Part shown: piece by piece, positions 1 to 10,800 of the stretch
Numbering within the stretch: the stretch's first letter is position 1
Layout of the letters: each line of letters starts with the position of its first letter
The notes under the pieces: model-generated
The model's input: only the letters and a program-made list of their open reading frames with translations
What the model was told of the DNA's origin: nothing
Database searches by the model: none
Made by a program: the position numbers and the translations under genes
Assembly (NCBI GenBank): GCA_965242695.1
Contig: CBDESU010000001.1
Coordinates: 896,001 to 960,000 of the forward strand
From: Cenarchaeum sp.
GTDB taxonomy: Archaea > Thermoproteota > Nitrososphaeria > Nitrososphaerales > Nitrosopumilaceae
Length of the DNA: 64,000 nucleotides
Reading direction: 5' to 3'

Positions 1-3000
1 AGACCTGTCGGGCAATGCGATCGCAGCCTCGGAAGAGGCCGTATCCGTCTCGGCCGACACAACCCGCCCGCTGCTCGACCGCTCGGCCGATCCGCTCTAC
101 AACTCGGCCCGCTCGACGATCGAGTTCGACTTTGACGAGTACGTCGACACCGCAGCGGTCGATCCGTCAAAGATTGCGGTGCGGTCGTACGCCTCGTCGC
201 CCCCCATGTCCATCGCACTGGATGCCTCGTCGCCCGTGGCGCCGGCCGAGGAAGGCCGAACCGGCTCTTGGCACCGCATCGCCGTCGACCTGGCCGGCAC
301 GCCGCAGGCCGATGCGGTAGCGGATGCGGTTGCGGCAGCCGGCGCCGGCGCCGCCGGCCAGCTCCGCATCGACGTCGAGCGCGGCGCGTTCTCGGACCTG
401 TCGGGCAACGAGTTCGCCTGGATCGGCAACCACACCCTTGCAACAGCCGACGACGCCCTAGCGCCGGCACTTGTCGGCCCGCCCTCGCTCGACCTGGGCT
501 CGGGCGTGCTGACGCTCCGGTTCGGCGAGCCCGTACTTGCCGCACCGGGAGTCCTCCAAACGTCCGATATCTTCATAGGCGGCCCGAACGGCTCTGATCC
601 CGTCGCACTCGACCGGTCGCGGGTCGTCGCGCAGGATGCTGGAAGGACGGGCGCCTCGCCGCTAGTCGAGGTCACACTCGACGCGCACGACCTTGCGCGC
701 GCAAGGGCGCTGTACCTGGACAACGAGGGCACAATGACCATAACCGTCCCGGCCGCCGACATCCGCGACCGCGCATACAACGAGTTTGCGGGGCTTGACA
801 GGGCGCATCTGGACGTCGTGCCCGATGCGGCCGGCCCAGCCCTGGCACCGGCGGCCCCAATTCTAGACATGGCCGCCGGCATCCTCTCCGTGCCGTTCGA
901 CGAGGGCATCGATGCGGCGCGCCTCGACCCGTCGGGGATAACGCTGCGGCTTGCCGGCGGGGATGCGGCCGGCACGGCCCTTGAGGGCAGCCATGCGTAT
1001 GCGGCGGCGGGAAGCGGAGGGAGCGATATCGCCCCGACGGCAGTCGTCGTCGAGCTCTCGCACGCACAAAAGGCGGCACTCGCCGCCGATGCCGAGGCGG
1101 CCGAGGCGTCATCGAACGCCGATCCGCACATATCAATCGCCGCCGGTGCATTCTACGACGTGTCGGGCAACGCGGCTCCGGCCGTCGAGCGCGCGCGCCT
1201 GTCGGTCGTGCCCGACGACCGCCCGCCTGTCGTCGACGCGGCGGCCGCGCCGGTCCTGGACATCGGCGGGCGCACGCTCGAGATACACTTTGACGAGTAC
1301 GTCCACGCCGCGGCCACGGACCTGTCGCTGATCGACGTGTCCGTGATTGACGGATCGGGCGACGGCGACGGCAGGCACCGCATTCCGCTCGATGCGGCCA
1401 GGATCGAATCGTCCGGCGCCTCGGACGGCGACTCCGATACGGTCCGGATACTCCTGACCGCGGGCCAGGCCGCGGCCCTGGCAACGGCCGTCGAGTCGTC
1501 TGCACTGATCGGGTATGCCGACCCGGCCCTGCTACTAATTGCAGACGGCGCCGCGGCCGACCTGTCGGGCAACGCGATCGCCGGCCCCGCCGGCGGCGCC
1601 GGCACGACAGCCCGCCTGGCCGTCATACCCGACAGCGCCCCGCCGGCGCTGGACCCTGCGCGCCCGCCAGTCCTTGACATGTCCGCCGGCGCGCTGACCG
1701 TGTGGCTCGACGAGCACGTCGATGCGGGCGCGGCCGACCTGTCGCGCCTGGCCCTGGCGGCGGCGAACGGGGACAGCGGGGATCTGAGCCAGACCATATC
1801 GCTAGCCGGCGCGGCCGTCGTAGGACCGTCGCTCGGCTCGCACGGCGCCGACACGGTCGTCGTCAGGCTCATGCATGTGCAAAAGGCGTGGGCCGCGGCC
1901 GCCTCTGCCGCGGGGGCTGGCATTTCCCTGTCCGCATCGGCAGGCGCCCTCTACGACCTGTCGGGCAACGCAATGCCGGCCACCGCCGCCGCATCGCCCG
2001 TACGGGTCGCCGCCCTGGCCGACACTGCAGGGCCGCAGCTTGACGGGCTGCCGGTGCTCAATCTTGCACTGGGAACGCTCATGTTCGACCTGGACGAGTT
2101 TGCCGATGCGACGCAGGTCGCAGCCTCTGGCATGTCCGTAGAGGGCGCCGATGCCGCAAACTCCACGACGCTGGCAGGCGCGGCTGTCTCGGACGTGCCG
2201 CACGGCGCCGACGCCGGCCTGCCCGACACGTACTCTGACCGCATAATCGTCGAGCCGACGGCGGCACAGAACGCATCTATCCAGGCATACGCGAAGCCGG
2301 TACGGCTCGCAAACCTTCCGGCCGGCTCGCTATCCGACCTTGCCGGCAACGGCATCGAGCGGCTCGTCCGGGTTCCAATGGTCCACACGAACGACACGGC
2401 CGGCCCGGCCCTGGTGAGCGTTGCCGTCGACCTGCGCGACGGCGATGTCATGCTCGGGTTCAACGAGGACATTGACGCGGCCGGCGCCGTCGTATCGCAC
2501 ATGAGCCTGTCTCCGCTAGGCTCCGACCCCTCCTCCTACTACCTCGCCGGCGCCGACATCCTGCTGCCGCCGGGCGGCGCCCCGACCGACCGGATGGAGC
2601 TGCGCCTGTCTGGCGCGCAAAAGGCCTCTGTGGCACTTGCGTACGACGCATCGGGCAGCCTTGCATTCGCAGCGCCGGAAGGCGCCGTCGACGATCCGTT
2701 CGGCAACCATGCGGCCATGCTCAACCTGACCGCAGCGGTAACCGCCGACAGCCACCCGCCCATGCTCCTGCAGTCCGGCCCGCAGGCGCCTGTCCTTGAC
2801 CTGGGATCGGGCGTCCTGACGCTGCGGTTCGACGAGTACGTATCCACGGCGGGCATCGACCCGTCGGCCATCTCGGTGCGCGGCGTTGGAGGCGCCGACG
2901 CATCGCCCGAGGCCGTCGCGCTGGCCGGCTCGGAGGTCGAGGCCGGCACCGGCGCCCTTGCCGCGGCATCGGGCGCATACTCGGATATGGTCGTCGTCTC

Positions 3001-6000
3001 GCTCTCCCCCGCCGCAAAGGCAGCCGCCGCGCAGTCCGTCGGGTACGACTCACTAGCAGCCCGGCTCGACATCGGCGCATCGGCGTCCATAGCAGACCCG
3101 TCGGCCGTGCAGCTTGCCGCCGTCCAGAATGCGCCCCTGCTCGTCCGCCCAGACCACGCCCCGCCCCATATAGTGGCAGGCCGCACCGTCCTGGACCTGG
3201 CCGCCGGCACGCTCGTCGTCGCGCTCGACGAGCACGTCCTGCCGAACCGCGCCGACGCATCGCGCATCGCGATATCGGGAACGGCCCCGGGCGCGGCGAC
3301 CGTCCGGCTCGCCGGCGCCACTGTGGAGGCGGCTGGAGGGTCGTCAGACACGGTCACGTTCAAACTGACCGACGCGCAGGCGGCCGCCGCGTCCGCGGCC
3401 ACCCTGGCACCTACGTCTGGATCCGGCGGAGATGCGCCCAGCCACGAGGCCTTGCTGCGCATCGACGCCGGCGCGTTCGTCGACTCGTCGGGCAACACGT
3501 TTGCCGGCGCCTCTAACGTCAGGCCGGCCGAGACGCGGCCTCCCGTGTCCGTGCTTGGAGCATCCGTCGAGTCGCCAGAGACGGTCATGGTCAGATACAC
3601 GCACAACCTCACGTCATCGTCCGCCGCCTCGGACTATTCCCTGGCGATCGACGGCGCGCAGCGCGCAATATCGGGCGTCGGCGGCTCGGGAACGGCATCG
3701 CACACCGTAGGGTTCGGGCCGGCCGCCGAGGCCCCAGATGCGACCGGCGTGCTCGACATTGGCAGGCTTGCAGGAGTCGGCTCCACCCTGTACGAGTTTT
3801 CGGGCGCGCAGGACGTCCCCGTATCAGACGGGCAGGGGCCGTCGGCGCTGTCCGCATTCGCCGTGAACGCCTCTGCGCTTACGGTCAGCTTTGACGAGGC
3901 CGTAGCGGGCGTAGCGCCGTCCGACTTTGCTTCCGTCACGCCGTCAGGGGGCGGCTCTTCGGCCTCGGCCGTCTCCGTCGCCGGCTCGGGCGCCTCGCGC
4001 CTGGTGGTCCTCGACGAAGAGATATTCGCGGCCGGCGCAGGCGGCACGATCGACGGCGTGCCGGCAGGCGCGTACGAGGACGCGGCCGGAAACCCGGGAT
4101 CCGCGATCGACGGCCTGCCCGTGGCGGCGCCCTCTGGCAGCGTCAGGGCCGCCGGGACGGCCCCCGTCTACCTGGCCGCCGGCACGCTCGTGCGCAACGT
4201 CTCGGGCGCCTCGCCGTCGATCGACCTGTCGGGCCTAGGCGGCTCGTTCCCGGGCACGGGCGACTTTGTACTGTCCGCCGACGGCCTGGCGACGGTCACG
4301 TTCGCCGCCGGCACGGCCGTCTCGGGCCTCCCCTCGGGCGCCTCGCCGGTCGTCTCGGTCTCGGCGGCCAACCGCACCGTCCCCGACCGCTCGGTGATCG
4401 GCGCCGGCCAGCTCGTGCTCGTAGAGGTCGGAAGCGCATCGGCCGACATCGTGCTTGACAGGCCGGCTCGCATCGAGCTTGCCGGGGCGGCAGGCTATGA
4501 GGCGTTCTGGATGGATGCGGCAGGCGCGGTCTCGGTCATCGACCGCGTTTGCACGGAGGACTCGCTTGCGGCGGCAGAGGCGCAGCTCGGCGCCGGAGAA
4601 GAGTGCGCAATCGATGCCGGCACCAGCAAGGCGATCTACACGTACCACCTCTCCATATTCGGCGCCGTGGCGCCGCCGCCACCGCAGTCCCCCTCTCAGG
4701 GTGCCGGAACCTGCGCGCCAAACCCGTCCGAATGCCTGTACGTGGCGACCCCTGCCGCCTCGGCAGCCCCAGCCTCCAGCGGCGGCTTTGCCGCCACGGC
4801 CGGCGCTCCGGCTGCAGTCAGCCCGTACGACGGCATGCTGTACGCGGCCGGCCCTGCGACGAACCGCTCGCTCGGCGAGTCCGTGTACGTCCTTGATCCG
4901 GCTAGGGGCCACGCCGTCGTCGACGAGATCGGCCTGCAGACCGACCCCGAGCACCCTGCCAGGATGCGCGTCATTGCCATCGCCCCGGCCGCCTCTTCGG
5001 ACTCGCCGCTCGTGCGCGCGACCGCCATGCGCGAGTCTTCCGAGCCGCCCGTGCGCGAGCTCCCAATGATCCTTGTCATCGATGCGTCCGACCGCACGCT
5101 TGCCAGGCACGGGGCCATCCTGTACACCGACCAGGCCGGCCGAACGGTAGAGGCCGGCGTGCCGGCCCTGCTGGCCGCAGCCGGAGGCGGCGCCTCTGCC
5201 CTGGACGGCCTGGCGTACGTCGGCATGCAGACCGTGCCTTCAGGGGGAGAGAGCGCCGCGCGGCTCGACGGCGGCCCCGTCCTGCTCGTCAACACGACGG
5301 GCGAATCGGCGCGCATCGAGCCGATGTACGTGCCCGGCGGCCCCGAGGGCGTGCCGGCGTTCCCGTCGCCGGATGCCGGCGGCTACTACTATCCGCGCGA
5401 GGGCTGGCAGCCGACCGCAATGGCCGCCGACGGCCAGACGCTCTACATGGTCGGAGCCGCATGGCAGAGCGGCCCGGCCGCCGAGCCGTCGTCGAATACA
5501 TTCGGCCTGCTCACGCTGTCGTTTGCCTCCAACGGCAGCGCAGGCGGCAGCTCCGGGATGTTCACGCCGCGCTACGCGCTTGCCGGCGCCGTCGAGCTTG
5601 CCAGCCTCCCAGATGCAGAGGCGGACAACTCCTCATTCACGGCAGCCGGCATGGCCCTTGACCCGGTGCGGTCTAGGCTGTACGTCCAGTACGGCAACGG
5701 CACGATCGCATCGTACGCACTAGGGCCGGCAGGGGACGGCCAGGCCCGCCTCCCGTCGCTCCTGCACGTGGTCGGCACGGCGGCCGACCCGCGCGGCCTC
5801 GCACTCGATTCCGCCACGGGCATACTGTACGCGGCCGCCGGCGATTCCGTCCTCGTATACAACACATCAAACAGCCGCCGCATCGCGACCGTCGAGGTTG
5901 GGCCAGGCGGCGCCGCCGGACTGTCCGTCTCGCCCGTTGTCCCGCAGGGCGCAGGCGCCGCCCCCGTCTATGCGATCCCCGCAGTCCAGGGCGATCCGCT

Positions 6001-7621
6001 TCGCATCATTAGCGCAATCGACGGCCCGCCCCTCGTAGCCGCCGTCTCGGCGCAGGCCGGCTCGTACGGGGCAGGCTCGTCCGTCCCGATCGCGATCGCA
6101 TTCACGCAGGACGTCGTCGTCTCTGGAGGCGTTCCGGCACTGGCGCTCAACATGCAGCGCGCCGCCGGCTCTGCTCCCGCGGCCGCCCTGTACCAGGGCG
6201 GCTCGGGAACGAGCACCCTTGAATTCTCGTATGCAGTAGTGGCAGGCGACATGTCCTCCGACCTCATGTACGCCGGCACGGACGCCCTGTCGCTGCCGGC
6301 CGGGGCATCGATTGCGGGCGCCGCCGGCGCCATGGAGGATGCCGTGCTGGCGCTGCCGGCACCGGGCCCCATGGGAGGCGCTGCCGGCGCGGTGCGCATC
6401 GACGCGGACGATCCGACCCCTGCGCCGCCCCCCGTGGTCGTGGTTCCGCCAGCCGGCGCCGGATCGCCTGCCGGACAGTTCGGGTTCGGCGGCGGCAGTG
6501 GAGGTGGAGGCGGAGGAGGCAGCGGCGGCCGAACCGGCCTTGCAGTAGGCGCCGGCTCTTCCCTCGAGGTCTCGTCCGTGTCGTGGGACTGCGACAGGGG
6601 CCTGGCCTGGATAATCCTTGGCGGCCTGCCCGCCGGCGCCTCTGCCTCCCTCCCAGACGTGAGCGTACTTGCATCGTCCGGCACGACGGCGGCGCGCGCC
6701 GCGCCCGGCGCCGCGGCGGCGGCCGGACAGGCGACGTACGAGGTAGACCTGCCCGAGGACGAGGTATTCCTTGTCCGCGCCGTCGCTGTCGACGGGCGCG
6801 AGGCCGCATCCGTCTCAAAGACCGTCCGCACGGGCGGGCAGTGCGCGGGCGAGGCCGTATTCGACTCTGGGGCGGGCAGCGCGCCGCTGCCGGAGGTTCC
6901 GTCTGCAAAGGCTGCGGCGGCCGGTGCCGAGCCCGCCGGAGATACTGGCATGCCAGAGGCAGAGGAAGAGCCGCCTAGCGGCGCCGATGCCGCCGCGGAT
7001 GCAGCCGCAGGCGAAGACCGCGGGCAGACGGCGACTGAGCCGGAGCCCGAGCCCGAGCCGCGGGAAGAAGCAGAGGCTGCGGAGGCAGGGGCGGATGCTG
7101 TGCCGGCCAAGCAGGACGAGCCGCAGGCGCAGCCAGGGCGAGATCCAGCACAGCCGGCAACGGCGGAGCCCGCGCCGGACGATGCCGCTGCCGCCGGCGA
7201 CGACGGAGGCGGAGGCGGCTGCCTTGTTGCAACGGCCGCGTACGGGACCGAGCTTGCCCCGCAGGTGCAGGCGCTGCGCGAGGTGCGCGACACTGCCGTC
7301 ATGCAGACCGGCGCCGGCTCTGTGTTCATGTCTGCATTCAACACGGCATACTATGCCGTATCGCCGCAGGTCGCCGACCTGGAGCGGGAGCATCCCATAC
7401 TCAGGGATGCCGTCCGCGCCCTGATCGCCCCGATGCTCTACTCGGCGCAGATGCTCTCGCTCGCCGAGCCGGGCTCGGAGGTTGACGTGCTCGCGTACGG
7501 CGCGGCGGCAATCGCCGCAATGGCCGCGCTGTACGTTGCGGCGCCTGCCGCCGCCGCCGTCTCTGCCGCCAGGCTTGCGCCTGCCGCCGCTGCCGCAGTC
7601 CAAAGGCGGCTCCGGGGATAG
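1..7621 (+). CDS. Giant cell-surface repeat protein with C-terminal CFI-box-CTERM-type anchor (5'-truncated by window edge); paralog of 7861..23169
   Basis: The frame is open from nt 2 (DLSGNAIAASEE...), so the 179 start in the ORF track is an edge artefact. It has ~125-aa repeats (P-x-LDL-xx-G-x-L-x-x-x-FDE ... DLSGN), a beta-propeller-like region and a Gly-rich linker. It ends in CLVATAAYGTELAPQVQALRE plus a hydrophobic helix and basic tail. Confidence 0.9.
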   Translation, partial: DLSGNAIAASEEAVSVSADTTRPLLDRSADPLYNSARSTIEFDFDEYVDTAAVDPSKIAVRSYASSPPMSIALDASSPVAPAEEGRTGSWHRIAVDLAGTPQADAVADAVAAAGAGAAGQLRIDVERGAFSDLSGNEFAWIGNHTLATADDALAPALVGPPSLDLGSGVLTLRFGEPVLAAPGVLQTSDIFIGGPNGSDPVALDRSRVVAQDAGRTGASPLVEVTLDAHDLARARALYLDNEGTMTITVPAADIRDRAYNEFAGLDRAHLDVVPDAAGPALAPAAPILDMAAGILSVPFDEGIDAARLDPSGITLRLAGGDAAGTALEGSHAYAAAGSGGSDIAPTAVVVELSHAQKAALAADAEAAEASSNADPHISIAAGAFYDVSGNAAPAVERARLSVVPDDRPPVVDAAAAPVLDIGGRTLEIHFDEYVHAAATDLSLIDVSVIDGSGDGDGRHRIPLDAARIESSGASDGDSDTVRILLTAGQAAALATAVESSALIGYADPALLLIADGAAADLSGNAIAGPAGGAGTTARLAVIPDSAPPALDPARPPVLDMSAGALTVWLDEHVDAGAADLSRLALAAANGDSGDLSQTISLAGAAVVGPSLGSHGADTVVVRLMHVQKAWAAAASAAGAGISLSASAGALYDLSGNAMPATAAASPVRVAALADTAGPQLDGLPVLNLALGTLMFDLDEFADATQVAASGMSVEGADAANSTTLAGAAVSDVPHGADAGLPDTYSDRIIVEPTAAQNASIQAYAKPVRLANLPAGSLSDLAGNGIERLVRVPMVHTNDTAGPALVSVAVDLRDGDVMLGFNEDIDAAGAVVSHMSLSPLGSDPSSYYLAGADILLPPGGAPTDRMELRLSGAQKASVALAYDASGSLAFAAPEGAVDDPFGNHAAMLNLTAAVTADSHPPMLLQSGPQAPVLDLGSGVLTLRFDEYVSTAGIDPSAISVRGVGGADASPEAVALAGSEVEAGTGALAAASGAYSDMVVVSLSPAAKAAAAQSVGYDSLAARLDIGASASIADPSAVQLAAVQNAPLLVRPDHAPPHIVAGRTVLDLAAGTLVVALDEHVLPNRADASRIAISGTAPGAATVRLAGATVEAAGGSSDTVTFKLTDAQAAAASAATLAPTSGSGGDAPSHEALLRIDAGAFVDSSGNTFAGASNVRPAETRPPVSVLGASVESPETVMVRYTHNLTSSSAASDYSLAIDGAQRAISGVGGSGTASHTVGFGPAAEAPDATGVLDIGRLAGVGSTLYEFSGAQDVPVSDGQGPSALSAFAVNASALTVSFDEAVAGVAPSDFASVTPSGGGSSASAVSVAGSGASRLVVLDEEIFAAGAGGTIDGVPAGAYEDAAGNPGSAIDGLPVAAPSGSVRAAGTAPVYLAAGTLVRNVSGASPSIDLSGLGGSFPGTGDFVLSADGLATVTFAAGTAVSGLPSGASPVVSVSAANRTVPDRSVIGAGQLVLVEVGSASADIVLDRPARIELAGAAGYEAFWMDAAGAVSVIDRVCTEDSLAAAEAQLGAGEECAIDAGTSKAIYTYHLSIFGAVAPPPPQSPSQGAGTCAPNPSECLYVATPAASAAPASSGGFAATAGAPAAVSPYDGMLYAAGPATNRSLGESVYVLDPARGHAVVDEIGLQTDPEHPARMRVIAIAPAASSDSPLVRATAMRESSEPPVRELPMILVIDASDRTLARHGAILYTDQAGRTVEAGVPALLAAAGGGASALDGLAYVGMQTVPSGGESAARLDGGPVLLVNTTGESARIEPMYVPGGPEGVPAFPSPDAGGYYYPREGWQPTAMAADGQTLYMVGAAWQSGPAAEPSSNTFGLLTLSFASNGSAGGSSGMFTPRYALAGAVELASLPDAEADNSSFTAAGMALDPVRSRLYVQYGNGTIASYALGPAGDGQARLPSLLHVVGTAADPRGLALDSATGILYAAAGDSVLVYNTSNSRRIATVEVGPGGAAGLSVSPVVPQGAGAAPVYAIPAVQGDPLRIISAIDGPPLVAAVSAQAGSYGAGSSVPIAIAFTQDVVVSGGVPALALNMQRAAGSAPAAALYQGGSGTSTLEFSYAVVAGDMSSDLMYAGTDALSLPAGASIAGAAGAMEDAVLALPAPGPMGGAAGAVRIDADDPTPAPPPVVVVPPAGAGSPAGQFGFGGGSGGGGGGGSGGRTGLAVGAGSSLEVSSVSWDCDRGLAWIILGGLPAGASASLPDVSVLASSGTTAARAAPGAAAAAGQATYEVDLPEDEVFLVRAVAVDGREAASVSKTVRTGGQCAGEAVFDSGAGSAPLPEVPSAKAAAAGAEPAGDTGMPEAEEEPPSGADAAADAAAGEDRGQTATEPEPEPEPREEAEAAEAGADAVPAKQDEPQAQPGRDPAQPATAEPAPDDAAAAGDDGGGGGCLVATAAYGTELAPQVQALREVRDTAVMQTGAGSVFMSAFNTAYYAVSPQVADLEREHPILRDAVRALIAPMLYSAQMLSLAEPGSEVDVLAYGAAAIAAMAALYVAAPAAAAVSAARLAPAAAAAVQRRLRG
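1..7621 (+). repeat. Large direct duplication: 1..7621 is homologous to ~15525..23169
   Basis: nt 1 onward (agacctgtcgggcaatgcgatcgcagcc...) matches 15525 onward, and the two proteins are colinear to the C-terminal anchor with small indels. Confidence 0.95.
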
Positions 7622-7860
7622 ATCGCAGCGCCTGCCGCCTGCCGGCGGCAGCATGTGATGCAGCCTCTCCGCCCGGGCGCACGGCACCTCCCGCACGCTC
7701 CTGCGGACGGGCCATGGGCGGGCGTCGACACGATAGTTCTTATAGATAGGCAAATGCGCCGCCCTTTACGGGCACAGCAACACAGGCAGGGCGCACAGGT
7801 TCGCCGCACACGGGATCATCTACTCCCTCCGCGAGGCGCCGCGGGCGCGCACTGGGGGCT

Positions 7861-10800
7861 GTGGCCAGGCCTTCTAGGCCGCGCTTGGCCATGATCGGGG
7901 CGGCCGCGGCAAGCCTGGCCGCCATTGCAGCCGTGGCGGCGACGGCTGCCGTAGACGGCGGCGGGCAGGGAGCGATCCTGCGGGACAGCCCGCTGCTGCC
8001 AGAGGCGCACGCGCACTACGTCAGCTATCTCAATGCCGACGGGTACATCGTAGGGCCGCGGCAGGTCAACATCGTATTCACCACCTGGCTGCCCAACGTG
8101 GACGGCCTGCTCGACACCCCCACCATAAGCGACCACCGCTCGCGGGGGCAGGCTGCCTACCGCGGCGGCGGGGGCACGACGCACACGATTACGATGAGCG
8201 GCCCGGACATGCCGACGGACGCGACCGGCTCGGTGCAGATGCACTCGGGCACCATCCACTTCCAGGCGTTCGGCACGCACACCCACCATGTCGGAAATGC
8301 ATTCACCATTGCAATACACGACCGCCAGGCCCCCCATATCGACACCAGGGTGACCCCTACACTCGACCTGAGCGAGGGGACGTTCAAGTTCAGGTCGACC
8401 GAGCCGCTCAGGGTCAGCCCGGGCGGGACTACAGCGGCGCACGTGGGGCTGGCCGGCCTCGGCTCGCTCACGTCAGCCGACACGGTGTCCTTTAGGGGCG
8501 CCGACGTCACGATCGACCTGTCGACTGCGACGCACGAGAGACTCGACAGGGACGTCGGCAGATGGCCCCCGTCGAAGACGTCGACGACCATGAAGTTCAC
8601 GACGGTCGGCCTGCGCGAGATTCCGACGAGCCACGACGTCACGGCCCACAACCACCAGGGCTACGACCTCAACTCCGGCAGGTGGTGGCTGCCGATCACG
8701 GTCGTCCGCGACACGGTCCCGCCCGTGCTCGTGGGCAGCCCGCAGCTCGACTTCAACACTGGCGTGCTGACCATTACGCTCAGCGAGCCGGCCACCTACG
8801 TGTACATGCCATACCTGTTCCTCGAGGACCGGAACGGCGGCAGCCACCAGCACGTCGTCGGCGCGTCGTACCCGAGCGGCCTGGACTCGACGGTCGTGCC
8901 GATCACCCTGTCGGCATCGCAGCTCGAGAGGCTCTCGGCCATGTACGTCGCGACCGGCGGCCTGCGCCTCGACATGCACCACGGCACGGTAAGGGACGCG
9001 GCCGGCAACCGCAATGCGCACGTCGGCGACAGGGCGATCGACGTCACGCCCGACCGGACAAAGCCGGTGCTCGACGCAGGAAGGGCGCCTAGCGTCGACC
9101 TGTCGCGGCAGCGGATGACCGTGCACTTTGCAGAGGTCATGGACGTCTCGAGGACGGATCCCTCAAAGATACTCGTGTCAAACCAGGCGGGCGGCTCCGT
9201 CAGGCTTTCGGACGGGACCGTGTCTGGCCGCGACGGGAGGGCCGTCACGGTGTCGTTCCCGCCGGCGACAAAGGCGGAGATCGCCGATCTTGGCACCCCG
9301 CTGTTCATTGTGGCCGATGCCGACGCGTTCCGCGACATCCAGGGCAACGGGAACGCCCACATCCCGCAGGGGCAGGACTTTCGGGCGCCCGTCCCGTGGC
9401 TGTCGCCCGGCAGTTCGGGCCCCGTGCAGGCGTCCTACACGCGCGACACGTCGCGGCCGGGGATTGCATGGCACAGCCCCGCCCTAGACCTCGGCACGGG
9501 GCTGCTGACAATCCGGACGACCGACGTCGTCTACACGGATCGCATATACGCCCGGGGCTTCGTCCTGCACCTGGCCGACTCTGCCGATGCGCACCGCAGG
9601 ACGGACCTGTCGTTGGCCGGGGCCGGCGTGGCAAGTGCGGGGAACTACACGGGGACGATGGAGTTGAAGCTCACTGCATCCCAGAAGGCGGCCGCTGCCT
9701 CGGCATCGACCGACGGCGCCCCGTCCGCGCGCATTACAATCGGGGGCTGGGCGTACTCGGACTATCCCGAGGGGAACCACGGGTGGTACGCATCGGGCGC
9801 CGGCGCGCCCGTGGCGGTCTCGGCCGACCGCACGCCGCCGATGCTCGAATCGGATCCCGTCCTGAACCTGGACGACGGAACCGTGCGGCTAGAGTTTGAC
9901 GAGTACATCGATGCCTCGAGGATCAGCATGTCGGGAGTGGCCGTATCCGTATTCGCCAACGGCAGCGTGTTGCTGCCAGCGGGCGGCAGCCTGCTTCCGG
10001 AGGCAGAGCAGGCCGACGGCACGCTCGTCGTACTGGACATGACGGACGCGCTAGAGGATGCTGCGTACAATGCGCACGGGAACGGCTCGACCTTTACCTT
10101 GGAGGTGCCGGGCTCTGCGTTCTACGATATGTCGGGCAACGCGCTTGCCGCCGTGACAAACAGGAACGCGAGCGCGACGACCGGCCAGGCTGTGCTGGAG
10201 CTGGCATCGAGTGTACTTGATCTCGGCTCCGGCGAGCTCGCACTCGCGTTCAACCGCGATATCTCCGCGCCGGCGCCAGCCTCGCTGTCGGACATTGTGG
10301 TGGCCGGAGCATCGGACGGCGCGGGGCGGACCGACATGTCGGGCCTGCCCGTCAGCAGCATGGACAGCAACGTGTCGATCTCGCTGACGCCGGGCAAAAA
10401 GGCCGCGCTGGTGGCAGCCCACAACATGTCCGGAGGCCTGGTCATGTCGATCGGGCCCGACGTGTTCGCCGACGAGCACCACCACGCATTCAACGGGACG
10501 GCCAACGCGACTCTTGCGGTAGATGTGGACGACGTTCCGCCCAAGATTGTGGGGAGCCCAAGGCTGGACCCGTTCGCAGGCCGCCTGTCGATCGCGTTCG
10601 ACGAGTACATCGACATGGACCGGGTGGATCTGGGCCAGATCGTGCTGTACGGCGGAGGGCCGCCCGTGTCGCTGTCACGCGCCACGCTAGATCCCCTACT
10701 GGAGGTCAACGACGGCGACGAGCTCGTCGTGGCCCTGGAGCCGCTGCAGGTGCTCCAGATGCACCACGCGCGGCGCGCCAGTTCCGACGGCGTGCTGCGC

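Noticed and set aside
7754-7894. Upstream ORF overlapping the start of the 5102-aa gene as a second frameshift switch
   Set aside because: The ATG is too close to the TATA box to be transcribed, only a G5 run is present, and the in-frame starts at 7861/7891 already give a signal peptide.
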